A DNA stretch of 64,000 nucleotides from Thainema sp. (lineage in GTDB: Bacteria; Cyanobacteriota; Cyanobacteriia; Phormidesmidales; Phormidesmidaceae), in contig JBQLZK010000004.1 of the NCBI GenBank assembly GCA_052168235.1, positions 32,001 through 96,000 of the forward strand. Reading direction: 5' to 3'. A program made the translations under genes and the position numbers. Shown here piece by piece: positions 40,256 through 49,479 of the stretch. Below the pieces are notes generated by a model. The model was not told the DNA's origin, ran no database searches, and saw nothing but the letters and a program-made list of their open reading frames with translations. Each line of letters starts with the position of its first letter. The stretch's first letter is position 1.

Positions 40256-41155
40256 TTAGGCGCGGACGGAGGCTGTTTCGTCCATCCAGGTGAGGCAGCG
40301 CTGCATTTCTTGGCGCATGGTGTCCACGTCGGCATGGAAGCGGCGACCGTGACCGGGCAGCACCCACTCGAAGTCGTACTGAGCCAGTTTGGTCATAGAG
40401 CGAACCAGTTCTGGCCAGGAATACCAGCAGTGGCGGCGGAAGGCATAGAGCTGCCCCAGATAGTCTGACCAAGCGAGGTGATCGCCTGTGAAGAGTGCTC
40501 GTTGGTCGTAGAGTAAAACCGTATGGCCTTTGGTATGTCCGGGAACAGGAATGATCAGCAGATCTTCGGCTAGCTGGATAGGATCGTGACCGCTGATTGG
40601 ATGTTCAATATCGCGGGTTCCGGCTGTGATTTCATCGGTGTGCAAAATGCGATCGCACTTGAAATGGTCATGGAACTTTTGATGATCGGCGACATCGTCC
40701 CGATGAGTCAGGTAGAGGTAGCGGATGCCACCTAGTTTTTCAATTTGTTTGACGAGCGGAGCGGCGAACCGGGGCGAATCAACCATCACGTTGCCGTCTG
40801 GACGAGTGATTAAATAGCTGGCGGCCCCAAAGGATTTTTCCGAATGGTAGCCACAGTGATAAACATTTTCCGTGATGGACAGGGGAAAGCTCTCTTGGGC
40901 GGCCTTAATATCGTGGGGCTTCTCGACGGTGCCAATGGAAGCGGTTGGGCACGCGAGTAATGCCTGGAGCGCTTCCTGCCGCTGTGTGGGGTTGGTGGGT
41001 TGATGATAAACCGCTGATTGACTGTCGGCGCGATGGAAGATGTCAGGAGCCATCCAGCGGCAGGTATCACAGTCAATACAGGTGGCATCGACGTAAAAAT
41101 CGCCTGCGACGTTTTGCGATCGTCGCTGATCAATATGAGCCATGAGGATCACCAT
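40256..41155 (-). CDS. Ferredoxin-domain MBL-fold metallo-hydrolase
   Basis: CIDCDTC...ACP ferredoxin; THRDDVADH, PGHTKGH, FTGDH, LPGHG. Confidence 0.92.
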   Translation of the reverse strand: MVILMAHIDQRRSQNVAGDFYVDATCIDCDTCRWMAPDIFHRADSQSAVYHQPTNPTQRQEALQALLACPTASIGTVEKPHDIKAAQESFPLSITENVYHCGYHSEKSFGAASYLITRPDGNVMVDSPRFAAPLVKQIEKLGGIRYLYLTHRDDVADHQKFHDHFKCDRILHTDEITAGTRDIEHPISGHDPIQLAEDLLIIPVPGHTKGHTVLLYDQRALFTGDHLAWSDYLGQLYAFRRHCWYSWPELVRSMTKLAQYDFEWVLPGHGRRFHADVDTMRQEMQRCLTWMDETASVRA

Positions 41156-41281
41156 TGGGTTCTCCCTCCAGGCTAGCGAAATCCCGATGGTTTCAGCAGC
41201 AGTTGTGGTTTGACGCAGGATTGGGGAATGGAATGCGGAAGTGCGATCGCACCTCTCTCAAATCTGTACGACGATACTTCT

Positions 41282-41551
41282 TTATGACGATATCAACGGA
41301 CATGATTGCACCGCAGGCTCAACGATCAGGGTATTACCTTGACGACCGAGGATGGTGACTTCGGTGCCGCGCGGTAGCGATCGCACATTACCACTACAAA
41401 TTCCAAACCAGTAGGTGGCCTGGTAGCGGACTCGTCCTGGACAATTGGGGCGAATGGGCTGCTCAACATAGCCAGTCGTTTGGGCGGATAAGGCTGGATA
41501 GGTTGGCAGCAGGGGCTGTACGATTGGAGTGCGTTTCAGGAGATTTAGCAT
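41282..41551 (-). CDS. NfeD-like (C-terminal OB-fold only) protein
   Basis: GRVRYQATYW, GTEVTILGRQGNTLIV. Confidence 0.82.
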   Translation of the reverse strand: MLNLLKRTPIVQPLLPTYPALSAQTTGYVEQPIRPNCPGRVRYQATYWFGICSGNVRSLPRGTEVTILGRQGNTLIVEPAVQSCPLISS

Positions 41552-41577
41552 CTTCAATGCTCTCTAAGAGATGATGA

Positions 41578-41651
41578 AAGTTCGGTCAGAAACTCATAGT
41601 TTGTTATTGTGAGATGCTTGCTGAGCAAGCATCTCACAATAATCTGAGTCT
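41578..41651 (-). repeat. Family-A palindromic element (one end degenerate)
   Basis: 18-bp perfect arms TTATTGTGAGATGCTTGC-TGA-GCAAGCATCTCACAATAA (41604-41642). Confidence 0.8.
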
Positions 41652-41864
41652 TAGTAACTGCTGGGCAGTTGGCGACTCATGATAGAAATAGAGCGTAAAG
41701 TTTGCGATTAGGATTGGCCAGATTGCTGGTGCAATTGGGGGCGTGATAAAAGTGTGTTAGCAATCTGGCTGATGTTACGGCAGTAGACTGCCTTTCATTA
41801 CAACGGGTGAGATCTGGCTGGGCAGTGGGGGATGAAAGAGGCAGACGATGGGGCAGATGATTGA

Positions 41865-43049
41865 TTAGCCGCCGCCGCCGCCACCGCTGGCACCACCGCC
41901 ACCACCGCCGCCTGAACCGCCGCCGCCACAGCTACCGCCACCGCCGCCAAATCCGCCGCCGAAGCCGCCACCATAGCTGCCGCCACTGTAGCTTTTGCTA
42001 GAGCGACTTCCAGAAATCGTTGGCCGTTGCGGAATATCTTGGTAATGAGTTGAGCGATAACTACAGGAACTACAGGCGTGGCCAACTTCTTTTTCGCCTT
42101 TCTGGCGCGTGGTAGGAAAGCGGATTACTCGACTGACGCGGCGGAGTCCTCGCTTGCCGCAACTGGGGCAGGATCGCTGAGTAAAAAAGAAGAAACAAGC
42201 GACGGCGGTGACAACGGCCATGATGCCCAACCATTGCAGAGCCAGCGTTAGCAGATTCTCTGGTGTAAAGACTGGGTTTTGAATAAGGGGAGGTGTTTCA
42301 TTGGTGGGATTGGTACGATTGGTGGGATTTGCGATCGCAGTTTGTCCCTGCGAACTATCGGTATCGGCAACATCATCAGTGATATCGAGAATGTTGCTAG
42401 GAAAGCGAACTTTGACTTCCAGAAATTCCCTGGGGGCAAGGGGTTGATTGGCAGTAAATTCAAACGTTTGAGGATCGATTTGCCGACTTGTGGCCGCAAC
42501 GCCTGTACTCGTAAACTGGTTGACGTTGCCCACCAGTTCATCGGGTAAATGAACAGCCACTTTGCCCTGTTTAATCTCCGCGTTGCGTTCGGGGAAGAGG
42601 GCACGCCAGTAAATCTGGTGGTTGGCTCCCCGCGTTTGTACGCCACCCACGACGCGATATTGAATTTTAAAGGTGTGGGATTCGGGAGCGTCTAAGGCGT
42701 GTCGCCAGCGAATCCAATACTGGTTATCCTGAATCCCAGTCTGGGCGGGAAGCTGTTCTTCGCCTTCAGAGACAGCAACATCGGTAATCCAGTCAATGTC
42801 ATCGAGCGGGATATAGCGATAGCGCTGATTGGTGTGATCCGCTGTGAAGGTATATGTTTGCGTCTCGGTGATTACCATGTCACCGTTGGACTGGAGATTG
42901 ATATCGACATTGATAGCGTCCCAGTAAAAAGGAGAGGCGGCTTGAGCAACCCCAATCCCTAAGCTGAGTAAACAGGCACAGAGGCCAACGATGAGCCAGC
43001 GGCTAAATTTAAAGCGCCACGGGCGCTGGTGAAGCTTGAAGTTAATCAT
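41865..43049 (-). CDS. DUF2207-domain membrane protein with Zn ribbon and Gly-rich tail
   Basis: Signal peptide, INVDINLQSNGDMVITETQTY, IYWRALF, TM helix, CPSC...CSSC, GGGFGGG tail. Confidence 0.85.
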   Translation of the reverse strand: MINFKLHQRPWRFKFSRWLIVGLCACLLSLGIGVAQAASPFYWDAINVDINLQSNGDMVITETQTYTFTADHTNQRYRYIPLDDIDWITDVAVSEGEEQLPAQTGIQDNQYWIRWRHALDAPESHTFKIQYRVVGGVQTRGANHQIYWRALFPERNAEIKQGKVAVHLPDELVGNVNQFTSTGVAATSRQIDPQTFEFTANQPLAPREFLEVKVRFPSNILDITDDVADTDSSQGQTAIANPTNRTNPTNETPPLIQNPVFTPENLLTLALQWLGIMAVVTAVACFFFFTQRSCPSCGKRGLRRVSRVIRFPTTRQKGEKEVGHACSSCSYRSTHYQDIPQRPTISGSRSSKSYSGGSYGGGFGGGFGGGGGSCGGGGSGGGGGGGASGGGGGG

Positions 43050-43301
43050 GATGATTTGGTCTAATTGACGTGAGGGTTAAGTCGGTGAATGCCCCTCGAT
43101 TAGCTTCAACTGTAGGCAAGACAAGGGTTAGGCAGAGCATAAGCCGCGTTATGAAACGGGTTATGAATGCGCTATGGCGTGATGTGACAGGATTGATCCG
43201 GGCAGACTGCTATCCCAGAACTTGTTATGCTGAAAGGCAAAATAACCCTTCTGGGTTTTGGTGCAAGATGTGAGTCAACGAAACTCTAGTTCTCTAGCCC
43301 G

Positions 43302-44636
43302 ATGGCCGCTGACAACGAACTCTTTCAAGAAGCGCAGACCCAATGGAATCTGGAGAGGCTATACGCGGATCTTGCGATCGCAAAACAGGAAACGGCTCCC
43401 CACAAGCAGCGGTCGCTCACGCAGATGGAGCAGGAGCTACTGCGGGGCTTACTGTGTCGCTATAGTCCAGCGGAAATTGCGGCGCAGCGGTTTACCGCGC
43501 CCAAAACGGTGGAAGTCAGCCTCAGCAACACGATTTATCGCTATGTGGAGACGTTGACGCGACGGGACGTGAACACGCTGGAGAGCTGGCGCGATGTGGC
43601 GGATTGGCTGGCAGCAGCGGGTTACGAATCGGCACGGCTGGAAATTAACTGGTCGCAGGTGCCGGATGTGCCTGTGTTCTACGGGCGGGAAGTGGAGTTG
43701 TCCCAGTTGCAAACCTGGACAACGGAACCGGATGCGGTCTGTCGAATGGTGATGGTGCTGGGGCCAGGGGGCATTGGCAAAACCAGTCTGCTGGTGAAGC
43801 TGGTGGAGCAAATCCAGAGTCAGTTTGATTGTTTGATTTGGCAATCCCTGCGCCACGCGCCGCCGCTGGAGACGATGCTACACCAGTGGCTGACCCAGCT
43901 TCCGGGTGCAGTCGATGGCTCTGAGGGCGATCTGCACGCACAGCTCTGCTACCTGACGGAGTATCTACGCAGTCACCGCTGTCTGATTGTGCTGGATAAC
44001 CTAGACACAATTTTGCGCGAAGGGGACTTTGCGGGACATTACCGAGAAGGCTACGAGAACTACGGCGATTTGCTGCGACGGCTGGGTGAGGAGCAGCACC
44101 AGAGCTGTGTCCTGATCACTAGCCGGGAATCAACGAAAGAAATCGTCATGCTGGATGGGCCGACTCGGCCAGTGCGATCGCTGGATCTGCCTGGGCTGGG
44201 AGATGCCGCAGAGGGCATTCTGCAAGAGGCGAATCTGTCGGACGAAAAGCAGTGGGGGCAACTGATTCGCATTTATCGCGGCAATCCACTGGTACTGAAA
44301 ATTGTCGCTTCCAATATTCGTGAATTGTTTAGCGGCAGCGTCAGCGACTTTTTGAAACAGCGGATCACGCTAATCACCAGCGATGTCAGCTTTCTGATTG
44401 AGCAGCAGTTCAGACGGCTCTCGGCAGCGGAACAGGAATTGCTCTATGCGCTGGCGAAAATTCAGGAACCCGTCAATGTGGGACGATTGCAGGCGGAACT
44501 GGCGCCGAATATTTTGCAGCCGCTGGGGTCGCTGGTGCGGCGATCGCTGGTGGAAAAAAGTGCGGCAGGGTTCACGCTGCGCCCGGTGGTGATGGAATAC
44601 GTGTGCGATCGCATGTCTCGTGAGGCATCATCATGA
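43302..44636 (+). CDS. HTH + NB-ARC (STAND) NTPase lacking C-terminal sensor repeats
   Basis: N-terminal LTQMEQELLRGLL...SPAEIA HTH-like region; FYGREVEL, GPGGIGKT, LIVLDN, LITSRE, GNPLVLK; ends after the winged helix. Confidence 0.9.
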   Translation: MAADNELFQEAQTQWNLERLYADLAIAKQETAPHKQRSLTQMEQELLRGLLCRYSPAEIAAQRFTAPKTVEVSLSNTIYRYVETLTRRDVNTLESWRDVADWLAAAGYESARLEINWSQVPDVPVFYGREVELSQLQTWTTEPDAVCRMVMVLGPGGIGKTSLLVKLVEQIQSQFDCLIWQSLRHAPPLETMLHQWLTQLPGAVDGSEGDLHAQLCYLTEYLRSHRCLIVLDNLDTILREGDFAGHYREGYENYGDLLRRLGEEQHQSCVLITSRESTKEIVMLDGPTRPVRSLDLPGLGDAAEGILQEANLSDEKQWGQLIRIYRGNPLVLKIVASNIRELFSGSVSDFLKQRITLITSDVSFLIEQQFRRLSAAEQELLYALAKIQEPVNVGRLQAELAPNILQPLGSLVRRSLVEKSAAGFTLRPVVMEYVCDRMSREASS

Positions 44637-45718
44637 GCTTCTGCATCAATCCCAAATGCCCAGATCGGCAGCAGCCCGATGAGTTAACGCAGTGTGCGGC
44701 CTGTGGAACGGAGTTAGTGATCTGCGATCGCTATCGTCTGATTCGTCCGCTGCGGGAACTGGACGATTGGCTCCCGACTGACATTTTTGAGGTAGCAGAT
44801 GAGATAGCAAATGGAGATACGCTGAAGGTGCTGAAGGTACTGAAACAGCCCAAGCTGCAATTCCTGTTCGAGCGCGAGGCGCAGACCCTACAGCGGCTCG
44901 ATCATCCCGGTATTCCTCAGGTTGAGCTGGATGGCTATTTCACAGTTACGACATCAGAGGGGCAATTGCTGACCTGCTTAGTGATGGAAAAGATTGAGGG
45001 ACTGACGCTGGAGCAGTGGCTAGCCAAGCATGGTTCGGTTGACCCAAAGCAAGCGCAGGTATGGTTGCGGCAGGCGTGCGAAATTTTAGGACTGGTGCAT
45101 CAGACGGAACTGTTTCACCGAGATATTAAGCTCTCTAACCTGATGCTGCGCCCCAATGGACAGTTGGCTCTGATTGACTTTGGCACCGTCCGCCAGATGT
45201 CGAATACTTACCTGGCCAAAATCGGCGGCCAGCGCGATGTCACGAGCATCGTGTCACCTGGCTATACGCCCCTGGAGCAAATCAACGGAAAAGCGGTGCC
45301 CCAGTCGGACTTTTATGCGCTGGGCCGTTCACTGGTGCATCTGCTGACGGGGCAGCATCCAGTGGATTTGGAAACCGATGACGCAACAGGAGCATTAATC
45401 TGGCGTGATTCTGCTCCTCAGGTTGATCGCTGGTTTGCCGAGCTGGTTGATGATTTGATGGCTCCTTTTCCGGGACAGCGCCCGCTCAATGCTCAGGAAA
45501 TTTTGCGACGGCTGGATACGAAACCCGTAAAGCCTCGGCAAAATGCTGAGCAGCTTTGGATTTGGCTGCTCATCAGTCTCAATATTGCCCTGTTGCTAGT
45601 TCATGGCGTGCTGGGTTGGCGTTGGGTGCAGCAGCGAGAGGCGCGATCGCACCTGCCAACCGAACAAAGTCACGTCGCAAATTTCCAGGTTTGTAGGGGC
45701 GATGCATGGCGCACATAA
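44633..45718 (+). CDS. Ser/Thr protein kinase with 4-Cys prefix and C-terminal TM
   Basis: CINPKC...CAACG, HRDIKLSN, IDFG, SPGYTPLEQ, SDFYALG; ATGA overlap with the NB-ARC gene. Confidence 0.93.
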   Translation: MSFCINPKCPDRQQPDELTQCAACGTELVICDRYRLIRPLRELDDWLPTDIFEVADEIANGDTLKVLKVLKQPKLQFLFEREAQTLQRLDHPGIPQVELDGYFTVTTSEGQLLTCLVMEKIEGLTLEQWLAKHGSVDPKQAQVWLRQACEILGLVHQTELFHRDIKLSNLMLRPNGQLALIDFGTVRQMSNTYLAKIGGQRDVTSIVSPGYTPLEQINGKAVPQSDFYALGRSLVHLLTGQHPVDLETDDATGALIWRDSAPQVDRWFAELVDDLMAPFPGQRPLNAQEILRRLDTKPVKPRQNAEQLWIWLLISLNIALLLVHGVLGWRWVQQREARSHLPTEQSHVANFQVCRGDAWRT

Positions 45719-45765
45719 TCTCTATGACCGAAGAATACGGTACTGCCACCATGCATCGCCCCTAC
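45693..45765. repeat. GTAG-family REP doublet overlapping both convergent gene ends
   Basis: GTAGGGGCGATGCATGG...CCATGCATCGCCCCTAC (17-bp arms). Confidence 0.85.
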
Positions 45766-47060
45766 GGCGTGGCCAACAACATTCGGGTTTCTGCCGCTGC
45801 CGTTCGCATGGCGTCTTCGGGGGTAGCCTCTCCGACCAAGACCTGCCAAAGATGGGTCTGCAAAATGCGGGATGCCTCGTCATATTGGGGAATTTGGGGC
45901 CGAAAGACGGAATGGTTTTCCAGCGACTCCAACACCTCAGGAAAGAACGGATATTGCGCCACAATCTCCGGATCGGTGTAAAGCGCAGGACGACTCGGCA
46001 AATGGGCCGAATTGAGCACAAACTGTCGTTGCGCAGCGGCACTGGTGAAAAATGCGATCGCACGTTTGGCGGCCTCTGGATGAGCTGCATTTTGGGCAAT
46101 ACCGAATCCCCAGCCGCCGCGACAGGCGTGCGGGATTTGATTCGATGCAGCCACGACGGAGGTTAAACCGACTTGCCCTTGGAGCGGTGAATCACTCTGA
46201 CTGGCTTGTTTCCAGAGATAAGGCCAGTTTCGGACAAACAGACTCTGGCCATCCAAAAACTGATTAAACGATTCTGTTTCGCTATAGCTGGTGACGAGCT
46301 GGGGAGAAATGCCCTGTCGAATGGTGTCGGCTAGGAAAGTGGCAGCTGCGATCGCGGCTGGCTGATCGAGTCCTACTTGCTTCGTATTGGAGTCAATCCA
46401 AAATCCGCCGTGTCCCGCCAAGACTTCTACAAAATTGGCGATCAGTCCTTCATACTCGCGTCCCTGCCAGAGATAGCCCCACGGGGTTGCCCCTTGCGCC
46501 TGTACCAGTTGGGACTGGGCGATCAGTTCGGCAAAGGTCTGGGCTGGCTCCACGTCTAGTTCTGCCATCAGCGCTTGATTGTAGAACAGTAGCCCCAAAT
46601 CAGCCCGAAACGGCATTCGGTAAAGATCGCTTTGGTAGCGCCCTGCGGCCAATTCGCTCGGCAGAAATGCTGCTAATTCATCGGTTGACAGTACGTCTGA
46701 TAGCTCTTGCAGCCATCCTTCGCTGGCAAACCAGGGCAGCCACACCACATCCATATACACCAGATCATGCTGGGGATTGCCGCTACTCAGATCGGCGGTA
46801 TAGATAGCTTTAACTTGGTCGGTACTGTAGGTGCCTTCGACTAACTGCAGCCGAATATCAGGATTTTGCGCTTCAAATTCTGTAATCAGGGGTCGCCACG
46901 CCACCGATTCATCCAGCGGCACCACAAAGGAGAGTACTGTTGGGCTAATCTGGGGCCACTGAATCCACCACACCGCTAGTCCCAGCAGTTGCACCAGGAG
47001 TAATCCTCCTAGAAATGCGATCGCAAACTGACTTGGAACTTTGGAAAACTGAAGACGCAT
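45762..47060 (-). CDS. Carbohydrate ABC transporter substrate-binding protein (orphan)
   Basis: DLVYMDVVWLPWFA, GYLWQGREYEGL, FVRNWPY, GGWGFGI; ATG 47060 assumed. Confidence 0.9.
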   Translation of the reverse strand: MRLQFSKVPSQFAIAFLGGLLLVQLLGLAVWWIQWPQISPTVLSFVVPLDESVAWRPLITEFEAQNPDIRLQLVEGTYSTDQVKAIYTADLSSGNPQHDLVYMDVVWLPWFASEGWLQELSDVLSTDELAAFLPSELAAGRYQSDLYRMPFRADLGLLFYNQALMAELDVEPAQTFAELIAQSQLVQAQGATPWGYLWQGREYEGLIANFVEVLAGHGGFWIDSNTKQVGLDQPAAIAAATFLADTIRQGISPQLVTSYSETESFNQFLDGQSLFVRNWPYLWKQASQSDSPLQGQVGLTSVVAASNQIPHACRGGWGFGIAQNAAHPEAAKRAIAFFTSAAAQRQFVLNSAHLPSRPALYTDPEIVAQYPFFPEVLESLENHSVFRPQIPQYDEASRILQTHLWQVLVGEATPEDAMRTAAAETRMLLATP

Positions 47061-47120
47061 GAATAAAAATGTGGGGCTAAGGTAGGCATCGCCCACCCTA
47101 CAAAATATCACCCCGCAAAG

Positions 47121-47212
47121 CTAGTACTCTGTAGATTAAGTTTTGATGGTTGATGTGCCGCGCGGCACATCAACCATCAAAACTCATTAAAACAAAGTTG
47201 ACAGACTACTAG
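47121..47212 (+). repeat. Family-B element with a loopless 46-bp palindrome
   Basis: CTAGT...AGTTTTGATGGTTGATGTGCCGC|GCGGCACATCAACCATCAAAACT...GTTGAC...ACTAG. Confidence 0.88.
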
Positions 47213-47416
47213 TTAGTCTTCTGGTAGAACCCACTGGGTGGGTTGAGATAAGCGCTCCATGGCTTTGCGGCGAACGGCTTCGTCAGCCATGGCAATCATG
47301 TCATCTAATGAGGTTTCTTTAATAAATTGTGATACCTGTGGTACGTATTCGCGGTTCGGGCACTCGTCGCCTAGAACACATCCATTCACACAGGCTTCTG
47401 CGCAGTTAATCTCCAT
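47213..47416 (-). CDS. Small Cys-rich conserved hypothetical protein
   Basis: CAEACVNGCVLGDECP motif; GAGGAG RBS. Confidence 0.82.
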   Translation of the reverse strand: MEINCAEACVNGCVLGDECPNREYVPQVSQFIKETSLDDMIAMADEAVRRKAMERLSQPTQWVLPED

Positions 47417-47593
47417 GCTGATTCTCCTCTGCTAAGATTCCTGGCTTGATCAAGGGTGGCACCCCCGACTCAATTCGTGCAATCCGCTGGTTTGATAAAC
47501 CGATCTGATTGCTGGCCAAGTTGATGATTATGAACCTTTTTTATCTTAATCGATGACAGAAATCCGGCCATGACCCGTTCTAGGCAAATGCGT

Positions 47594-47691
47594 TAGTGCT
47601 ATGTCAAATCAGTTTTTAGGGTTGATATGCCGCGCAGTGCGCGGCATATCAACCCTAAAAACCCGCTAAAACAATGTTGACCAACCACTAG
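47594..47691 (+). repeat. Family-B element with 25-bp perfect arms
   Basis: GTTTTTAGGGTTGATATGCCGCGCA-G-TGCGCGGCATATCAACCCTAAAAAC; flanks resemble those of 47121-47212. Confidence 0.88.
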
Positions 47692-47748
47692 AGGAAACAA
47701 CCCAAAAACCTGCTCTATTGTCTATTACACAAAAACAGGAGTATGCCA

Positions 47749-47804
47749 GTGTTTGTGAACTGGTGTTTGTAAACTGGTGTTTGTGAACTGGTGTTTATGA
47801 ACTA
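47749..47804. repeat. Tandem 14-bp repeat x4
   Basis: GTGTTTGTGAACTG units with 0-2 mismatches. Confidence 0.85.
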
Positions 47805-47816
47805 GATTGATGGCTG

Positions 47817-48554
47817 CTACGCGCGTTCAGCGGTTGGTGAACTGGCAAGCCGCTGAGCAAGATAGCCCGTGCCGCGAATTGTAATAATGAGTTCTGGATT
47901 ACTGGGGTCTTCCTCTAGTTTGGCGCGGAGGCGAGTGATATAAACATCCACCACGCGCAAATCAGAGCGCCGCTTGGATGCGTATCCCCAAACCTGCTCC
48001 AAGATATGAGTGCGGGAAACAGGTTCACCAGAATGTTGAAACAGCAGCTCCAATAAGTTGTACTCGGTTTGAGTTAGCCGAATACGCTGCTGAGCTTTGT
48101 AGACCTGCTGCGTATTGGTATCAATTTCGATATTGCTGACTCGGATGACGCCGGGATTGGGTGGGCCGAGTCGGTCGGTTTTCTTGAACCGTCGCAAGAT
48201 GGAGTAGATACGTGCCTCTAACTCTTTAGGGGAGAAGGGTTTGGCCAAATAGTCGTCGGCCCCAATCTTTAAACCTGTGATTCGGTCGCCAACGTCTCCT
48301 AGGGCCGTCAGCATGATGATGGGAACGTCAGACTCTTGCCGGATTTCCTGGCATACCCGATAGCCGTCCACCTTCGGCATCATTACATCTAGAACAACTA
48401 AATCCGGAGCTTCTTGCTCAAACTTTTCGAGTGCTTCTTGGCCGTCGGCGGCGGTGATAACGTCGTAGCCAACCATGCCGAGCCGGGTCGTGAGGATACG
48501 ACGAACTGCGGCCTCATCATCAACCACCAGAATTTTGTCTGTCTGATCTACCAA
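47817..48554 (-). CDS. OmpR-family response regulator, diverged RpaB/Ycf27 paralogue
   Basis: ILVVDDEAAVRRILTTRL, DVMMPK, DRITGL, RLRAKLEEDPSNPELI; differs from canonical RpaB in the DNA-binding region. Confidence 0.9.
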   Translation of the reverse strand: MVDQTDKILVVDDEAAVRRILTTRLGMVGYDVITAADGQEALEKFEQEAPDLVVLDVMMPKVDGYRVCQEIRQESDVPIIMLTALGDVGDRITGLKIGADDYLAKPFSPKELEARIYSILRRFKKTDRLGPPNPGVIRVSNIEIDTNTQQVYKAQQRIRLTQTEYNLLELLFQHSGEPVSRTHILEQVWGYASKRRSDLRVVDVYITRLRAKLEEDPSNPELIITIRGTGYLAQRLASSPTAERA

Positions 48555-49020
48555 AGTGCTGCCTCTTTGCGATCGCCGGTTCTCTATGTGGAATATGGGT
48601 CAATCTGTTAGTGCTGCTGATGTAATTGATTCGGGTTAAGGGCTTGCCTAAAGGCGGCCCTGCGCGCGTGATGCGGCGAGCTGATTGACCAAAGCCGACG
48701 CATTATACCTCAAGCATATTTATCTGAAAACAATTGTTATCAGCTTGTTATCAATCATAACGAACTTATGCCGAAGTTGAAAGAGTTTTACGAGAGTCTT
48801 AACTAAAGCATTGATTGATAAAAAATATGCGAAGGGTTGATTTTTATAGAGATTCAGGGATTCAAAGGATTGCGATCGCGCTGCTTTAATGAAATTTCAC
48901 CTTGATTATGTGATGAATCATGTCAAAACAGTTCGTAGGGTAATCGCTCGACTGATATTATCTCACCTAAGCTGTGCAGTAATTTTTTGCATTCACCGAT
49001 CCCTGACGTAAGCGAATGAG

Positions 49021-49299
49021 ATGCCTAACCCGTTTCTCGGTGTCAGAATTCCCCAGGACTTAAGCGATGCGATCGCAGCTCGCATACAGGAAACCGGGCA
49101 ATCCCGTTCTGAGATTGTGATTGAAGCACTCCGACTCTATTTGGGCATAGCCCCAGAGCAAGCGCGGTTAGACAGCGTGGAAGAACGGTTGTCTGCTGTT
49201 GAGTTGGAGTTGGGTTTGGGTCATTCTGTATCCCCCCATTCAGCTCCACCCCATCTGCCGCCGAATAAACCAGAGGGTAATGAAAACCACAATGCGTAG
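49021..49299 (+). CDS. Ribbon-helix-helix (CopG-like) protein
   Basis: LGVRIPQDL...ETGQSRSEIVIEALRLYL followed by a coiled coil. Confidence 0.82.
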   Translation: MPNPFLGVRIPQDLSDAIAARIQETGQSRSEIVIEALRLYLGIAPEQARLDSVEERLSAVELELGLGHSVSPHSAPPHLPPNKPEGNENHNA

Positions 49300-49479
49300 G
49301 CTCTTAGCCCTATTTTGCGATCGCTGCTGATTCGAGATTCAGCAAATCAGTGGAAGATTGACGATCGACCGTTAGGCGGGGAGCAAAGGAGTATACTGAG
49401 AAGCATGAGTAACCATTCGTTAATCACCCGTTAACGGTATCTTGTTCTCAGCACCCATATTTTCAGCCCCCGCAGTCAT

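Noticed and set aside
47749..47804. Possible CRISPR or iteron array
   Set aside because: Contiguous 14-bp tandem repeat without spacers, typical cyanobacterial STRR-like sequence; no rep gene nearby.
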